64,000 nucleotides of DNA from Eledone cirrhosa. Lineage: Eukaryota. Position numbers and translations under genes: made by a program. Shown piece after piece: positions 1 through 14,009 of the stretch (position 1 is its first letter; every line of letters begins with the position of its first letter). The stretch lies in the NCBI GenBank assembly GCA_964016885.1, contig OZ024743.1:16926001-16990000 (forward strand), written 5' to 3'. The notes under the pieces are model-generated. The model was given only the letters and a program-made list of their open reading frames with translations. It made no database searches and had not been told where the DNA came from.

Positions 1-693
1 TCTAATTAACGGGTCATAAAACATTCATGGTTGTCATTAAGTAAATGTGTGAATTATTTTATGAATGTATTCCCTTTTTTGTATCACACCATTTATTCTT
101 TATTTCATGAAAGAAAGAAATGATTTAATTTGCAGCTAGACATATCTGAACGGAACGCTTTAGGAAACGGAAACAGCAAATTATAACATCTGACACAAAA
201 TCTCCTTTAATTAATTGAAGTTAACTTGCCCTAGTCTATTGAATTTCAAATTCAATTTGCATATACTTTGACAGTTTTCACAAAAACAAATATTACATCA
301 TTGTTTAATTATAAAACAATATCCAAAGTTTTGCATTTAATAATTGATTTTCTTCAACCAAGCACTCTATTAATCAGAACACAACGCTTATGCCCATTCA
401 TCATACATTTAGAGATAAATTTCATTTTAAATGATGCCAAATAATATCCAGCTATAATTGATGCAATATACTTAGTTTGCTTTGGAAGAAACCGATGAAT
501 ATTTTATATTCGAAATCTTACTTTTACCTTTGTTATCAAGTCACAGAATGTGGGTCATTTACATCTTTAGTAAAGGGAATGTTTAAAAAGCAAACATATA
601 TATTTATTTATATTGTTTTCTCGAAACAATTCAAGGCAGGTGGCATTTCCCTATAATTGGAAATACGTGATTATAAGAATACAGTTAAAACAA

Positions 694-740
<47 letters not shown>

Positions 741-790
741 CGTGTGTGTGTGTCTCTGTGTGTGTGTGTGTGTGCGTGCGTGTGTCTGTG
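694..790. repeat. (TA)n/(TG)n compound microsatellite
   Basis: Direct reading of dinucleotide runs; source of the YIYI/VCVC pseudo-ORFs. Confidence 0.95.
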
Positions 791-1482
791 TATGTAGGCT
801 TATTCACTAACATTTATAAAATAGTTTTTCATCTGTTCCTTCGACTCATATATGTTGTCTTCCATTATGGGATCACGAATTATTTCCAATTGTATATTTA
901 AAAACATCTATTTCTTAATATATGAAAATATCATCTGCATTGGAATTATTTGGAGAGAAAATATTACAATGTACATGCCCGTACGCCGGAAGTACCGCCG
1001 GATGCTGCACATACGGATGAAAGATCAGATGGCAACGACAATTTATTGTCTCAAAAAACACCTTAATAAATGCTACGGGCGAGACATTGAGGTCGCCATA
1101 TAGACGAAGGAAAGAAATGAAGAACATTTAACAATAAAACAGATTATTATTATTAAAACGGAAAATCCACAAAGAAGAATAGATCGGAAATTCATGAGGC
1201 GATTTGGCTACATAACCGCGACAAACATGTCAATGTAACACACACCAGTTAGAGAGGAACACATCGATGTTTCATTTTGTTTTGAAGTCTCTTGATTTTA
1301 AAATTGGAAATATGTTGACATATACTTGGTAAACACATTATTTGTTTTGTATTATTTGCCAACCTTTGCAAGTTTAATATATTTCTACTGCAATGTAACA
1401 TCATTCTGAAAATGATCAGTCATTTAATACAATTATGCACACACTAACACACACGCAGACACATGCACACAAATACCTCCCT

Positions 1483-1542
<60 letters not shown>

Positions 1543-3420
1543 TTTAGTATGTTATCTATTAGCCTGAGTTACAAACCCTTCAGAGATGTGTAATTCAGGA
1601 TCCATATTAGTTTTATAGACAAAATCCACACTCAGTCTTCACATCAGCCTTGCTAATCAAGCAGAAGGGAAATTCCATCTGTGGGTATCGCAAGTTAAGT
1701 CTGTTATACATACATATGTATACTCCAAATAATGTACATACACACGTGTTCACTCATATATATTTCAAATGAAGAGATGAAAGGTTATCGAATCGAATAC
1801 ATCATTAATCTTTACAATCGTTTCTGTACAAGTAATAAGATGCCCTGTATTTGTAAACAACGAACCAATCAAAAATAATTACGTAACATTTATTCACACA
1901 GACGCACTACATATATGGATACATAGCATCATGAATTATCGAAGGGGATACCATTTAATCAGATATAAATATCAACAACACAGACATTATCAAATGTTGA
2001 ATATAAAGATATTAACACACAAATGGTAATCGATGAAGATGCCACTGAAATGTGTGATGAAAGGAGTTTCAGAGACTATATCTATGTTCATATTTTTAAC
2101 TGTTGATCAATCAATGATAAACATTGATTGCCAGGTAAATTATTTATAGTATTATGAAAATATACTGAGTCGAAAAGCAAACGAAATAGTGACTGTGCTT
2201 TACTATTTTCTTCTGGCAGGTTCGTAATCTTTTATTTAACGTAGAGAGTATTGTTCTCTTGATTGATTTCACAGTATGATGTGTAGATGCATGTTACACA
2301 TGAGGCCTTTATAAAGTAGAATAAGTAAATATTTAAATATGTTTGCTGTCAGTAGGAGTACTCACATTTCAAAAGAGTTAATTAAACAATATACAACTTA
2401 TTGTAGGCTGAGGTATGTTGAATTGCCAATTTTCTTAGGTTCTTAACGCATATTGTGTACACTCTCTATATAGTTAAAAGAAAGCATTTTCTTTTTTAAT
2501 ATTTCGAAACTAGAAATGATTTAATTAAAACTAATTGATATGAATAATTGTCTTGAACACTTCAGACTTAATAAATATTGCTAATATTTCGATTTTATTG
2601 ATTCTTGTTAAGCAAAAACAGAGAAAGACAAAAATAAGTAAATAAAAAAATGAAGAAAACTATAAAATATGATACGTTTAAAAGTCGAAAAAATGCAAAG
2701 CGCAAAAACGAAGAAAATATATAAAAATAGTCAGAGAGAAAAATCAAATACATGAAAGCAGATAAAGGAGAAAAAAATAATAGTTTGAAGTTTTTAGTCC
2801 TTTTTTATTTTATCTTTTAATATTCTACTTGACTTACGCTCTTAAAGTGTAATTTCTGAAGTCCTCTTGTTATTTGTTTTCTCATCTTTAGTTTTCAATT
2901 TCAATTCACAATTACACTTAGACCAAACAAAAGGAATAAGCCTCTGGATAGTTTCTGCTAATAATCTTCTATACAAGTAAAACAAAAATAAAAACAAAAC
3001 CCTATATTAAAGTATTCCCGTGATAATGGTATTAATAATATGATAATAGAAATATTGATGAAAATGAAGAGAATGAGAAGAAAAAAAGCACCAACGAATT
3101 GTAAACACAAAGTTAGGTTTGTCAAGATAGCATTCATTGAAACATATTATCATTACACACAAATAGAGAGAAGTTCACACGTACGCAAACAAATGTGTAG
3201 CTACACACAACACATATTCACAGGCACACGCACACAAATATGCTTAGATGAATATTACATTATTTTCATCGAATTCAGAAATCGAGAGTTTACTTCAGTT
3301 ACAGTTCGGTGTAACTCTTTCCGTAGATACTAATGCAGAAAATAAAAAAAATTCACTGATGAGGGACTTATTTTATTACATGTTATCCATTTGCAACCAG
3401 CAGTATTCTTCTCCCCATTT

Positions 3421-3488
<68 letters not shown>

Positions 3489-3490
3489 CG

Positions 3491-4217
3491 TATTAGGATT
3501 GGTGCTGTGAAATAGCGATGTATACATGAATGTATGCATAGTATATTTGCCAATATAGCGTATGTTTAATAAAAAAAAATGTTGAAGTCCTTACGCTATC
3601 ATTTTTAAAGTAGTAACTATGTCACTTACTTCTTTTCAGCGAAAGAAGGTAGAGAAGCTAACCCTCTGTTTCATACTGTTTGGCGATCATCAAGGCTACG
3701 TATTGCCCTCTTTTGCCGAAAATTATTGAAGTTGGATTCTTATAAAATTGCAGTAATAATCAGGGGCTGATTATACAGAGCGATTGCCGGTCCAGCAAAA
3801 TTGAAGTATTAGGATCGGTGCACTGAAATAGCGATGTATACATGAATGTATGCATAGTATACCGTATGTTTAATTAAAACATTTTGAAGACCTTACGCTA
3901 TCATTTTTTAAATTAGTGACTATGTCACTTACTCTTTCTCGGCGAAATAAGGCAGAGAAGCTATCAATCTGTTTCATGCTGTTTGGCAAACATCAGAGCT
4001 AGGTACTAGATTCTATAATCTTCGGCAGAAAAGGGTAGAACGTAGCTCTGATGATTGCCAAACAGCATGAAACAGACTGTTAGCTTCTCTTCCTTCTTTC
4101 GCCGAAAAGAAGTGACATAGTCACTAATTTAAAAGTGATAGCGTTTGGTCTTCAAAATGTTTTTAATTAAACATACGTTATATTGCCAAATATACTATGC
4201 ATACATTCGTGTATACT
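3491..4217. repeat. Hammerhead-containing repeat: two direct copies (starts 3491 and 3807) plus one inverted copy (~4015-4217); PLE pLTR or retrozyme-like
   Basis: TATTAGGAT.GGTGC..TGAAATAGCGATGTATACATGAATG recurs with a 316-bp period; 4015-4217 is its reverse complement; each copy carries an HHR-like motif. Confidence 0.8.
4044..4085 (+). ncRNA. Minimal type I hammerhead ribozyme
   Basis: AGCT-CTGATGA-tTGCcaaacaGCAt-GAAAC-agact-GTT-AGCT: helix I AGCT/AGCT, canonical core, near-palindromic helix III, GUU site. Confidence 0.75.
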
Positions 4218-4965
4218 TCAAAATGTTTTTAATTAGATATTTATTTTATATGCTATAGGTTGCTGTCCTATCTCCATAGGACAGCACTTTGACTTGTGTT
4301 AGACGCTTATGGGGTATAAACTGCCAAATTCCCTCTCAAACGCCAATGAACATGTAGTTATGTGTCTTTCCTTTTTGATTCTATTTTCCAAAAATAATTT
4401 TTTTATAATTTCATAGTTTAAAATTTGATTTTTGTTCGTTGTCTTCTCTTTTCTTTATTGATTATCATTACCAATCAATGACGAACGTTTTCTAACTTCT
4501 ACCACATTAATTCCAATGGCTTACATTTCTAACACAATATCTTACATTCTTATTTTTGATTTTTGTTTTTTTTTAATCTTTTCCCTCCTGTGCTTCTTTT
4601 CATTCCTGCAAATTGTGTTTTATAAGAGACACAATACGTTTCCCTTGTCATCACGCGAAATTCTTTATGTACTCGTCATAGTTTAATTACTATAAGTTGA
4701 TGTGTTGTCCGTGTCTCTTTACTCCATAGATTAGGCCTTTGATATGCGACAGTCTGTGCCCACGCGTTCACCAGTAGTTTGGTTGGTAGGGTTGAAACTG
4801 CGAAAGTATTTTTCAACGGCCGACGAACCTGGAAATATGTATATTTCGTTTGTATTTGTATTATCAAAAATGATATTTTTATGGTTTCCTTTTTTGATAA
4901 TTTCTTTTTGTATTTACTTGTTTTCATTTGTTGCCTTATTCTCTATTTTTGGATTTTCTTACGTT

Positions 4966-5787
<822 letters not shown>

Positions 5788-6030
5788 AGATAATAAAAAA
5801 AATAAAGTAAAGTTAAATAAACAAACATATACACACTCGACCATGCGCATATACTAAGAAAAGCAGTCACATCAACTGGCCAAGATAAGTCCGTAAATAT
5901 TAAGTCAAATATAAAAATAAAAAATAAAAAAAATTATGATGTTGATAGCGATACGAAAGAAGAAAAAGCACAAATAAAAATAAATAAACAAACACAGGTA
6001 GTAAGCAAATGCACATAAACAAGAAAATAA

Positions 6031-6090
<60 letters not shown>

Positions 6091-6098
6091 ATAATAAT

Positions 6099-6146
<48 letters not shown>

Positions 6147-6200
6147 CGTTTCTGAATTTGTTTAGCAAGATTCTTTATCTGAAATCGTGTGTTGAAACCG

Positions 6201-6616
6201 ATATTGTTATACTTTGGGAGGGTCATGTTGCCAATAAGAAACACACGCACCAGTTGCTTTCACTTCAATTTAATTTAATATATATTTATAAATTTACAAA
6301 TTTATAAATTTCTGGTTGGTTGGTTGGTTCCACAACCAGATAGTTGTTTATATATATATATAGTCATAGTTCTTTCGTCACACACTCTGTGACCTCTTCA
6401 GTGACTGGGGATTTCTTTCTTCGTTTCTGTGCCTTTCCTTTCTTCTATCCTACGCCACTATGACTATATATATATAAACAACTATCTGGTTGTGGAACCA
6501 ACCAACCAACCAGAAATTTATAAATTTGTAAATTTATAAATATATATTAAATTAAATTGAAGTGAAAGCAACTGGTGCGTGTGTTTCTTATTGGCAACAT
6601 GACCCTCCCAAAGTAT

Positions 6617-6624
<8 letters not shown>
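6201..6624. repeat. Inverted repeat, arms ~6201-6370 and ~6457-6624, with an HHR in the spacer
   Basis: ATATTGTTATACTTTGGGAGGG...TAGTCATAGT is mirrored by ACTATGACTA...CCCTCCCAAAGTATAACAATAT. Confidence 0.9.
6362..6406 (-). ncRNA. Minimal type I hammerhead ribozyme
   Basis: Minus strand AGTCA-CTGAAGA-gGTCACagagtgtGTGAC-GAAA-gaac-TA-TGACT: perfect 5-bp helix I, intact core, 5-6-bp helix II. Confidence 0.8.
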
Positions 6625-6672
<48 letters not shown>

Positions 6673-6674
<2 letters not shown>

Positions 6675-7775
6675 CGAAGGAAATGTGGTAAGGAACCAGG
6701 TGGACCATAACGCACCAAAGTACTCAATACTTGGGGTAGTAGAGTGGGTAATAGGAACCAGTAAGACCCCGACGGCTGAGCTCAAGCCGTTTCGACGGCT
6801 AATTCTGGACTAAATGAAAATGTATCCTGGTATTTAAGTAGCCGATCTTCTCAAGGGGTAATTCCATATATGGTCAAAGTGATTGTCAAAAGTTAGTAGT
6901 AATTCTGTGATTGCAAATTAGTAGGGGAGATGGTGGCTAAACTTGCCAGTAGGAGAAAGAGGGGAGGGGTGGAGTAGACCCAATCAAGCGTTGGTAGTGC
7001 CAGCTACAGCTGGGCATGAGGTCAAAGAAGATACTGGGGAGGGGGAGGGGGAGGAAGTCGGAACGGTAGGTAGAACAATGAGGGGTAAAAATATATATGA
7101 AAGAAAAAATAATGAGAGTGAAGAAAAGCGAATAAGTGTAAAGAAAAAAGTAAAGCAAGTTCTACGACCTAAGTCTCTAGCTATTGTTAGGCTAGATAAA
7201 TAAATAAATAAAGAAAGAAAGAAGTAAAGAAAGAAATAAGAAATAACGAAATAAGTAAATGAACTAGGCGGGACGGAATAGGCAAGGACCCTTTTAAGAG
7301 GTATAATACGTAAATCATACGGTGACAGGTCAACAAATGGGGCCAAAATACTGAAGAGACTACCACGAAATAAATAATAAAGGTTTCTATCCCGGGCACA
7401 ATGCCAGCAACCATCCAGTGCAGCAAAGTAAACTAGTACGAGATAATAATTCTGAGTCCCGAAAAAAATATATACTAATGCTAACTCTAAAAGATCTTAA
7501 ACAAGCTACATGAAAGTTCGTACGACGTAAAGGTAGAATACGGAAAAATAAATTCAGAATCCACCCCGCCCAAAAGAAAAGCGAAGAAAGAAATAATGAA
7601 ACGAGAAAATAAGGCGTAGTGCCACTAAGAAATATAGAAGGCACGGAAAATAGTGGGAGCGGTCGTAAAAAGGGGGCAAGTATCCGGGGTCTAAACCAAC
7701 TGCTATAAAAAGCGGAGTCCGCAGAATTAGCCGTCGAAACGGCTTGAGCTCAGCCGTCGGGTTCTTACTGGTTCC

Positions 7776-7778
<3 letters not shown>
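6673..7778 (-). mobile_element. Non-coding remnant, probably a PLE 3' end/pLTR, with a ~60-bp terminal inverted duplication (6752-6812 vs 7717-7778), flanked by (TA)n
   Basis: Inverted GACGGCTGAGCTCAAGCCGTTTCGACGGCTAATTC block; related sequence recurs at 13836-13975; HHR-like motif at 6767-6858. Confidence 0.5.
6767..6858 (-). ncRNA. Hammerhead-like motif with variant core (UUGAGAA)
   Basis: Minus strand CCCC-TTGAGAA-GAtCGGCTA...TAGCCGTC-GAAAC-GGCT(tgagctc)AGCC-GTC-GGGG; all three helices can pair. Confidence 0.6.
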
Positions 7779-7872
<94 letters not shown>

Positions 7873-8019
7873 CCGATAAATCTACAAATCAATGTTAAGG
7901 TCTAAACCGTATGAAGAACTCAATGTCATCCGTATGTAGAAGATGTCGTCAAGCGAAGTTTAAAATACAAAATTTTCCATTAATCCATTAATTCATTGGA
8001 TACAGAGTCAAACATAGAA

Positions 8020-8625
8020 ATATTAAAACAATGAAATTAAACACAAAACGGTTAATTCATAGTAAAACTCATTATTATACGATCGTTTCTGAGGGGTAGT
8101 TCCCCGTATGTCCATTCAATTATTGATCTATGTAAAATATTACAAAATATCATAGTGAGAAAAAAATACATACCTCTTCACGACCCGCCGTCTTCAGAAA
8201 TAATGAGTTTTGTTTATTGAAGAATACAAAAAAAACATACATATGAATAAGTAACGTTTTATAACCAGGTTGAAGTTGACCAATAGCAATAATAGGAAGG
8301 GGCATTATAGATCCCTTAGGTTGGTAGTAGTAGATCCGAAGGGATCTATACCGCCCCTTCCTATTCTTGCTATTGGTCAACTTCAACCTGTTTATAAAAC
8401 GTTACTTATTCATATGTATGTTTTTTTGTATTCTTCAATAAACAAAACTCATTATTTCTGAAGACGGCGGGTAGTGAAGACGTATGTATTTTTTCTTACT
8501 ATGATATTTTGTAATATTTTACATAGATCAATAATTGAATGGGCATACGAGGAACTACTTCCCAGAAACGATCGTAAAATAATGAGTTTTACTATGAATT
8601 AACCGTTTTGTGTTTAATTTCATTG

Positions 8626-8634
<9 letters not shown>
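8020..8634. repeat. ~300-bp-arm palindrome (8020-8320 / 8336-8634) with an HHR in each arm
   Basis: Arms are near reverse complements around a 15-nt spacer (mirror ORFs 8150-8386 and 8270-8461). Confidence 0.92.
8444..8590 (+). ncRNA. Type I hammerhead ribozyme with long (~100 nt) helix II
   Basis: AAAACTCATTATTT-CTGAAGA-...-GAAAC-GATC-GTA-AAATAATGAGTTTT: 14-bp helix I, palindromic helix III; mirror copy at ~8064-8210 on the minus strand. Confidence 0.75.
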
Positions 8635-8719
<85 letters not shown>

Positions 8720-8848
8720 CATACATACACATACATAGACATATACACACATATATATATATATATACAGTACATACATATACACAGTTAAGTATATACA
8801 TATAAACATACATACACACAAACACACACACACATAAACACACACACA

Positions 8849-8889
<41 letters not shown>

Positions 8890-9149
8890 GCACACAAAGA
8901 TACATATACATACTCACATGCATACACACACATACACACACATATACTCTCAACCACACGTATATGTACATATACACAAACGTAGGTGTATATACATATA
9001 TCAAAATGTATAAATACGTTCACAGACACATACATAAAAAAAATACATTCAACCACATACACACATATATATAAATAAATATATAATTACTTATATATAA
9101 AAATAGAGACATACAACACATACGCACATGTACACATACATACGCACGC

Positions 9150-9241
<92 letters not shown>

Positions 9242-9243
9242 AC

Positions 9244-9300
<57 letters not shown>
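8631..9300. repeat. Compound (TA)n/(CA)n microsatellite
   Basis: Direct reading. Confidence 0.9.
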
Positions 9301-9304
<4 letters not shown>

Positions 9305-9487
9305 GGAAGGGGTATGAAATTAGTTGGAAATCCGACAAATATAAAAACATATAAATGTTTATAACTGATTAAGAGCACTCAACATTTCCCTGGAGAAAAT
9401 ATTCAATGATATTAAGAATGTAATATCTATGTATATATATATAATTATATATATATAATTATATTTATAAAACTGTTATATATTGTA

Positions 9488-9555
9488 TTTTGTCTGATGA
9501 AGGCATACCATAATGTAACTTGGTATCCTTGAAATATATATAATGAAACAAATAT
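9488..9555 (+). ncRNA. Degenerate hammerhead motif
   Basis: CTGATGA-AGGcATACCA(taatgtaact)TGGTATCCTt-GAAA-TATATA; helix I register is disturbed. Confidence 0.45.
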
Positions 9556-9680
9556 GGTTTTATAAATATAGTTTCCATTTATTAATATCGTATATCTACT
9601 CCAAATATTTGTCGAGTACTTTATATCAGTTATAAAAATATTTGCTTGTTGTATCCCAACAATTTAAATAAAACTTTTGC

Positions 9681-9711
<31 letters not shown>

Positions 9712-9742
9712 TAGTTATGTAATAAACAACATAAGGCAGTTA

Positions 9743-9807
9743 TTTCATTTAGCAGTGGTTTCTTACAAGCAAACAAATTTTGCTTTCATTCAATCATCAG
9801 AATGAAA
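9743..9807 (-). ncRNA. Hammerhead-like motif
   Basis: Minus strand TTTCATT-CTGATGA-...AAGCAAA..TTTGCTT..-GAAAC-cactgc-TA-AATGAAA; 7-bp helix I; degenerate paralog at ~5345-5388. Confidence 0.55.
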
Positions 9808-10001
9808 AAATCCTGGTGTATGTATTGGCATTGGATTTTAAAAACAAAAATATAATCTATATGAAAGTGAGGCTGGAAAAGGAAGAAGGAAAGGAAAAAT
9901 AAACACACATGCAAACACACACACACACACAATTATATACATACACATATATATATATATATATACATACACACATACATACATACATATATACACACAT
10001 G

Positions 10002-10104
<103 letters not shown>

Positions 10105-10328
10105 ATATATATACATACACATACATATACACATACATACACACAATCATACCATGTACACACGTACATACATACACATACATACACACATATATACACG
10201 CATACATACGCATGCAGAAATATAGAAATATGTACACACACCTACATACTCACACACACAAATAAATATAAGAAAAATATAATAATAAAAATACCGTCAC
10301 ATAAGAATAAAAATTAATATAAAGATTA

Positions 10329-11405
10329 CTAGCAGTAAAGCCCGGCGTTGCTCGGGGTCGCTCAGTAGCTGTGTTAAAGTTACAATGTTAAATTTCTTTC
10401 TTGGCTTAAAAACTGTAGTGTCTACTGTGCAGACTTGCATGTGGTGTTTTTGATTAATATTCCCTCAACCAACAATATGCCTTATGAAGTTAAGAAAACA
10501 TAACGATAACCCGAATGTTATAACAAAAGAGGATGCTGGGGATAGAAACTGCACTGGTTATTTATTAACAAAGATCGAAAATGTAAACACTGCAACGCAG
10601 AGAAAAACATTAGCGTAACCAAATTATCAGTTATGTCTGTCTGCACGCCTATATCACCTCTCTGCACGACTGTCTGTCTGCACGCCTATATCACCTCTCT
10701 GCACGACTGTCTGTCTGCACGCATATATCACCTCTCTGCACGACTATCTGTCTGCACGCGTATATCACCTCTCTGCACGACTGTCTGTCTGCACGACTGT
10801 CTGTCTGCACGCCTAACGACGAAATATTTGCTTGTTTTACGTAGTCTTTAAATAGACTTGTTTTCAAGTAAAAATATTGTTTTAAAATGCTTTTAAATGG
10901 AAACGAAGCAAAACGGGGTCGCTCAGTAGCTGTGTTAAAGTTACAATGTTAAGTTTCTTTTTTGGCTTAAAAACTGTAGTGTATACTGTGCAGACTTGCA
11001 TGTGGTGTTTTTGATTAATATTCCCTCAACCAACAATATGCCTTATGAAGTTAAGAAAACATAACGATAACCCGAATGTTATAACAAAAGAGGATGCTGG
11101 GGATAAAAACTGCACTGGTTATTTATTAACAAAGACTGAAAAAGCCAGCGTAATTTTTTACGTAAGACGCTCAATGTAAACAGAACAAAGGGAAATAACT
11201 GATAACTTACGCTCAAAAATCGATACATTATATTCGATTTCGTCACATAGGGTGGGTCAATTTGAAATTATTTTTTTCCGATGTCTTCGCTAGGGCTCAA
11301 TGTACAAGCATATCAATTTCGGTGCAATTCCGTGAGAGATTCTAAGAGGAGATGTGTGCCAAAAATCGATAGACAGACAGACAACCACAGTTTTATATAT
11401 ATAGA
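10329..11405 (-). mobile_element. Non-autonomous Helitron with internal 37-bp minisatellite and ~222-bp internal duplication
   Basis: Minus strand begins A|TCTATATATATAAAACTG..GTCTGTCTGTCT and ends CCCGAGCAACGCCGGG(hairpin)..CTAG|T; 10353-10574 is duplicated at 10914-11135. Confidence 0.8.
10634..10812. repeat. 37-bp minisatellite (TGTCTGTCTGCACGCCTATATCACCTCTCTGCACGAC), ~4.5 copies
   Basis: Units start at 10634, 10671, 10708 and 10745. Confidence 0.9.
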
Positions 11406-11988
11406 TTATAGTATGACAGCGAATCAGGCCACAAATAAATGAACAAACACACGTGGTAAGCAATACACACAATTGCACGTACACATACATACGTAAAAAT
11501 AAATACATACACACACTCTCACACATAAACATACATATACAAATACATATACACATACATACGCATACACATATACATACACACACACACATATACATAT
11601 ATACACACACATACATATATATTTATATATACATACATACATATCCAAACATACATACACATACATATACATACATATCACAAACACATACATACATATA
11701 CATACATATCACAAACACATACATACAAATACAAACACACACATATGTATGTGCGTAAAACTCATTCTTAGATGTATTCATATGAACCTTGTTTAACTCT
11801 AAAATATATTTATATACATACACATATATTATTCATGTATATTTATATGTTAATCAACTTCCAGTTATTATAATATGCTCAGATTTATCTTAGAGCTTAA
11901 TTTCCAGGATATATGGCGCATGTTTATGACATGACACCCACAATTTCGATTTAGATTAAATTCATTTAATTTATTTTATCTTAATTTT

Positions 11989-12100
<112 letters not shown>

Positions 12101-12409
12101 ACACACACATATACATACACATACGTATGCATACATACATACACACACACACACACATATAATTATATATATATATAAGAAAAAACATAAATATTATATA
12201 TATAAAAAAACCTAAATATTGTATATATAAAAATAAAAATAAAAGTAAAAAGTTGGGAATGGGACAAATAATTTTAAAAAAATAATTAGAAAAGGGTATA
12301 AATGTTTATAGCTGATTTAGAGCACTCAACAATTCCTGGAGCAAATGATCAATGAAAATAAGCATTAAATCACTGTATGTAATTATGCATATACATACAT
12401 ACACATTCT

Positions 12410-13215
12410 ACAAACACCTTTGTTCTTTCCGATAAAACTAAAAATCTATTTGAAGTTAATAGTATTTTGTATAACCAACTTTTAACTAATAGTAGCACCA
12501 ACAAATATCAATTAACTAATAGTAATTCCTACAATATTATTAATAAAGAACCTAAAGAACTAACTAGTTCTTTAAAAATAGACAACCGGATTGAAAGCCT
12601 AGCTAAACGTAAATCATATATTACCCTTAGAGACCATAAATTAGACTTTACTAATCGACCTAGTTGTAGACTGATTAACCCGGCTAAATCAGAATTTGGC
12701 TTTGCAACTAAAAAAATCTTAAGAAAAATAATTCTCCGAATTAGAACTAAGACTGACCTATCACAATGGTTAAATACATCCTCTGTTATTTCTTGGTTTA
12801 ATAGTATACAAGGTAAAAATAAGCGGAGATTTACCCAATTTGATATTGTTGATTTTTACCCCTCTATTACTGTTTCCTTATTATCTAATGCCTTAGAGTT
12901 TGCAAGACCCTTCATTAATATTTCCAAATTAGAAGAAGACATTATCTTTCATGCTAGAAAAACTTTACTCTTTACTAATGAAAGTATTTGGGTTAAAAAG
13001 TCAAACCTTGAAAACTCTTTTGATGTTGCAATGGGTTCATATGACAGTGCGGATGTGTGTGACTTAGTAGGATTATTCCTTCTCCACACCCTCAAAGAGA
13101 AATTTCCTTCCCATAATATCGGTTTATACCGTGATGACGGATTGGCAGTTTCACATACCACCAACGGCCATAACCTTGATAAATTCCATAAAGATTTAAT
13201 CAATACATTTGCTAA
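12410..13215 (+). mobile_element. Penelope-like element RT fragment (probably Naiad-type), truncated at both ends
   Basis: DKTKNLF, ITLRDHK, CRLINPAKSEFG, FDIVDFYPSI, FDVAMGSYDSADVCDLVG and GLYRDDGL motifs in ORF 12467-13321. Confidence 0.85.
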
Positions 13216-13972
13216 TCTTGTTGTTGTCTTGAATATGACTGTCAACAAAATATATACCCCACCCTCCTTCAGATTGCTATATATTGCTTCCACTATGTAC
13301 TGGGATCTGGATATAGCGTAGATTTTGTTTGATACAGATCAACAAAGCATAATCGAGACAGTACATCTCTGCTGATTTACGACGTCAACTCCGTAGCGAA
13401 AGCATGAAATCCTGATTTCACTAATTGGCACTTGGATAGCACCTAACTCCAGTAAACACGATGGCTGCGAGAGACTTTCAGGAATTAATATGTCGGCTGG
13501 ACGCACAAGAAGCAGAACGTGTGGTTTTTTGCTGCCGGCAGCATAACACTAAATCAAATTTCATGTGAGCATGCCGTTCTCATAACAACAACAAATGCAT
13601 AAAAGACATCTTGATTGCCAGGGAGAATAGTTGAAATAATTATAATGATTAAACGACTCATGTAACATCACCATCTTTATTTTTGTTATTTTTATACTGA
13701 ATCTGCATCGTAACTACGAACTACGAATATTGAGCGTTTTCTACTGCTTGCTCCGGTTTTTACCAATATATATATATATATATATATAACAATCTCCCAA
13801 CTTGTAGAAAACTTATAATGAAACATATATATATATAGTCCAGAAATAGCCGTCGAAACAGCTTGCTCACTGCCGTCGGGGTTAAACTTTTTCCTATTAC
13901 CGACTCTACTAGCCTAAGTTTTGTGTACTCTGGTGCGTTGTTGTCCATCTGGCTCCTTACCACGCCTCCTTC

Positions 13973-14007
<35 letters not shown>

Positions 14008-14009
<2 letters not shown>

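Noticed and set aside
852-1103. 83-aa ORF in non-repetitive sequence as a possible host exon
   Set aside because: No recognisable domain and no convincing splice context.
10634-10812. 37-bp repeats resembling a CRISPR array
   Set aside because: Contiguous tandem units with no unique spacers, eukaryotic context and no cas genes.
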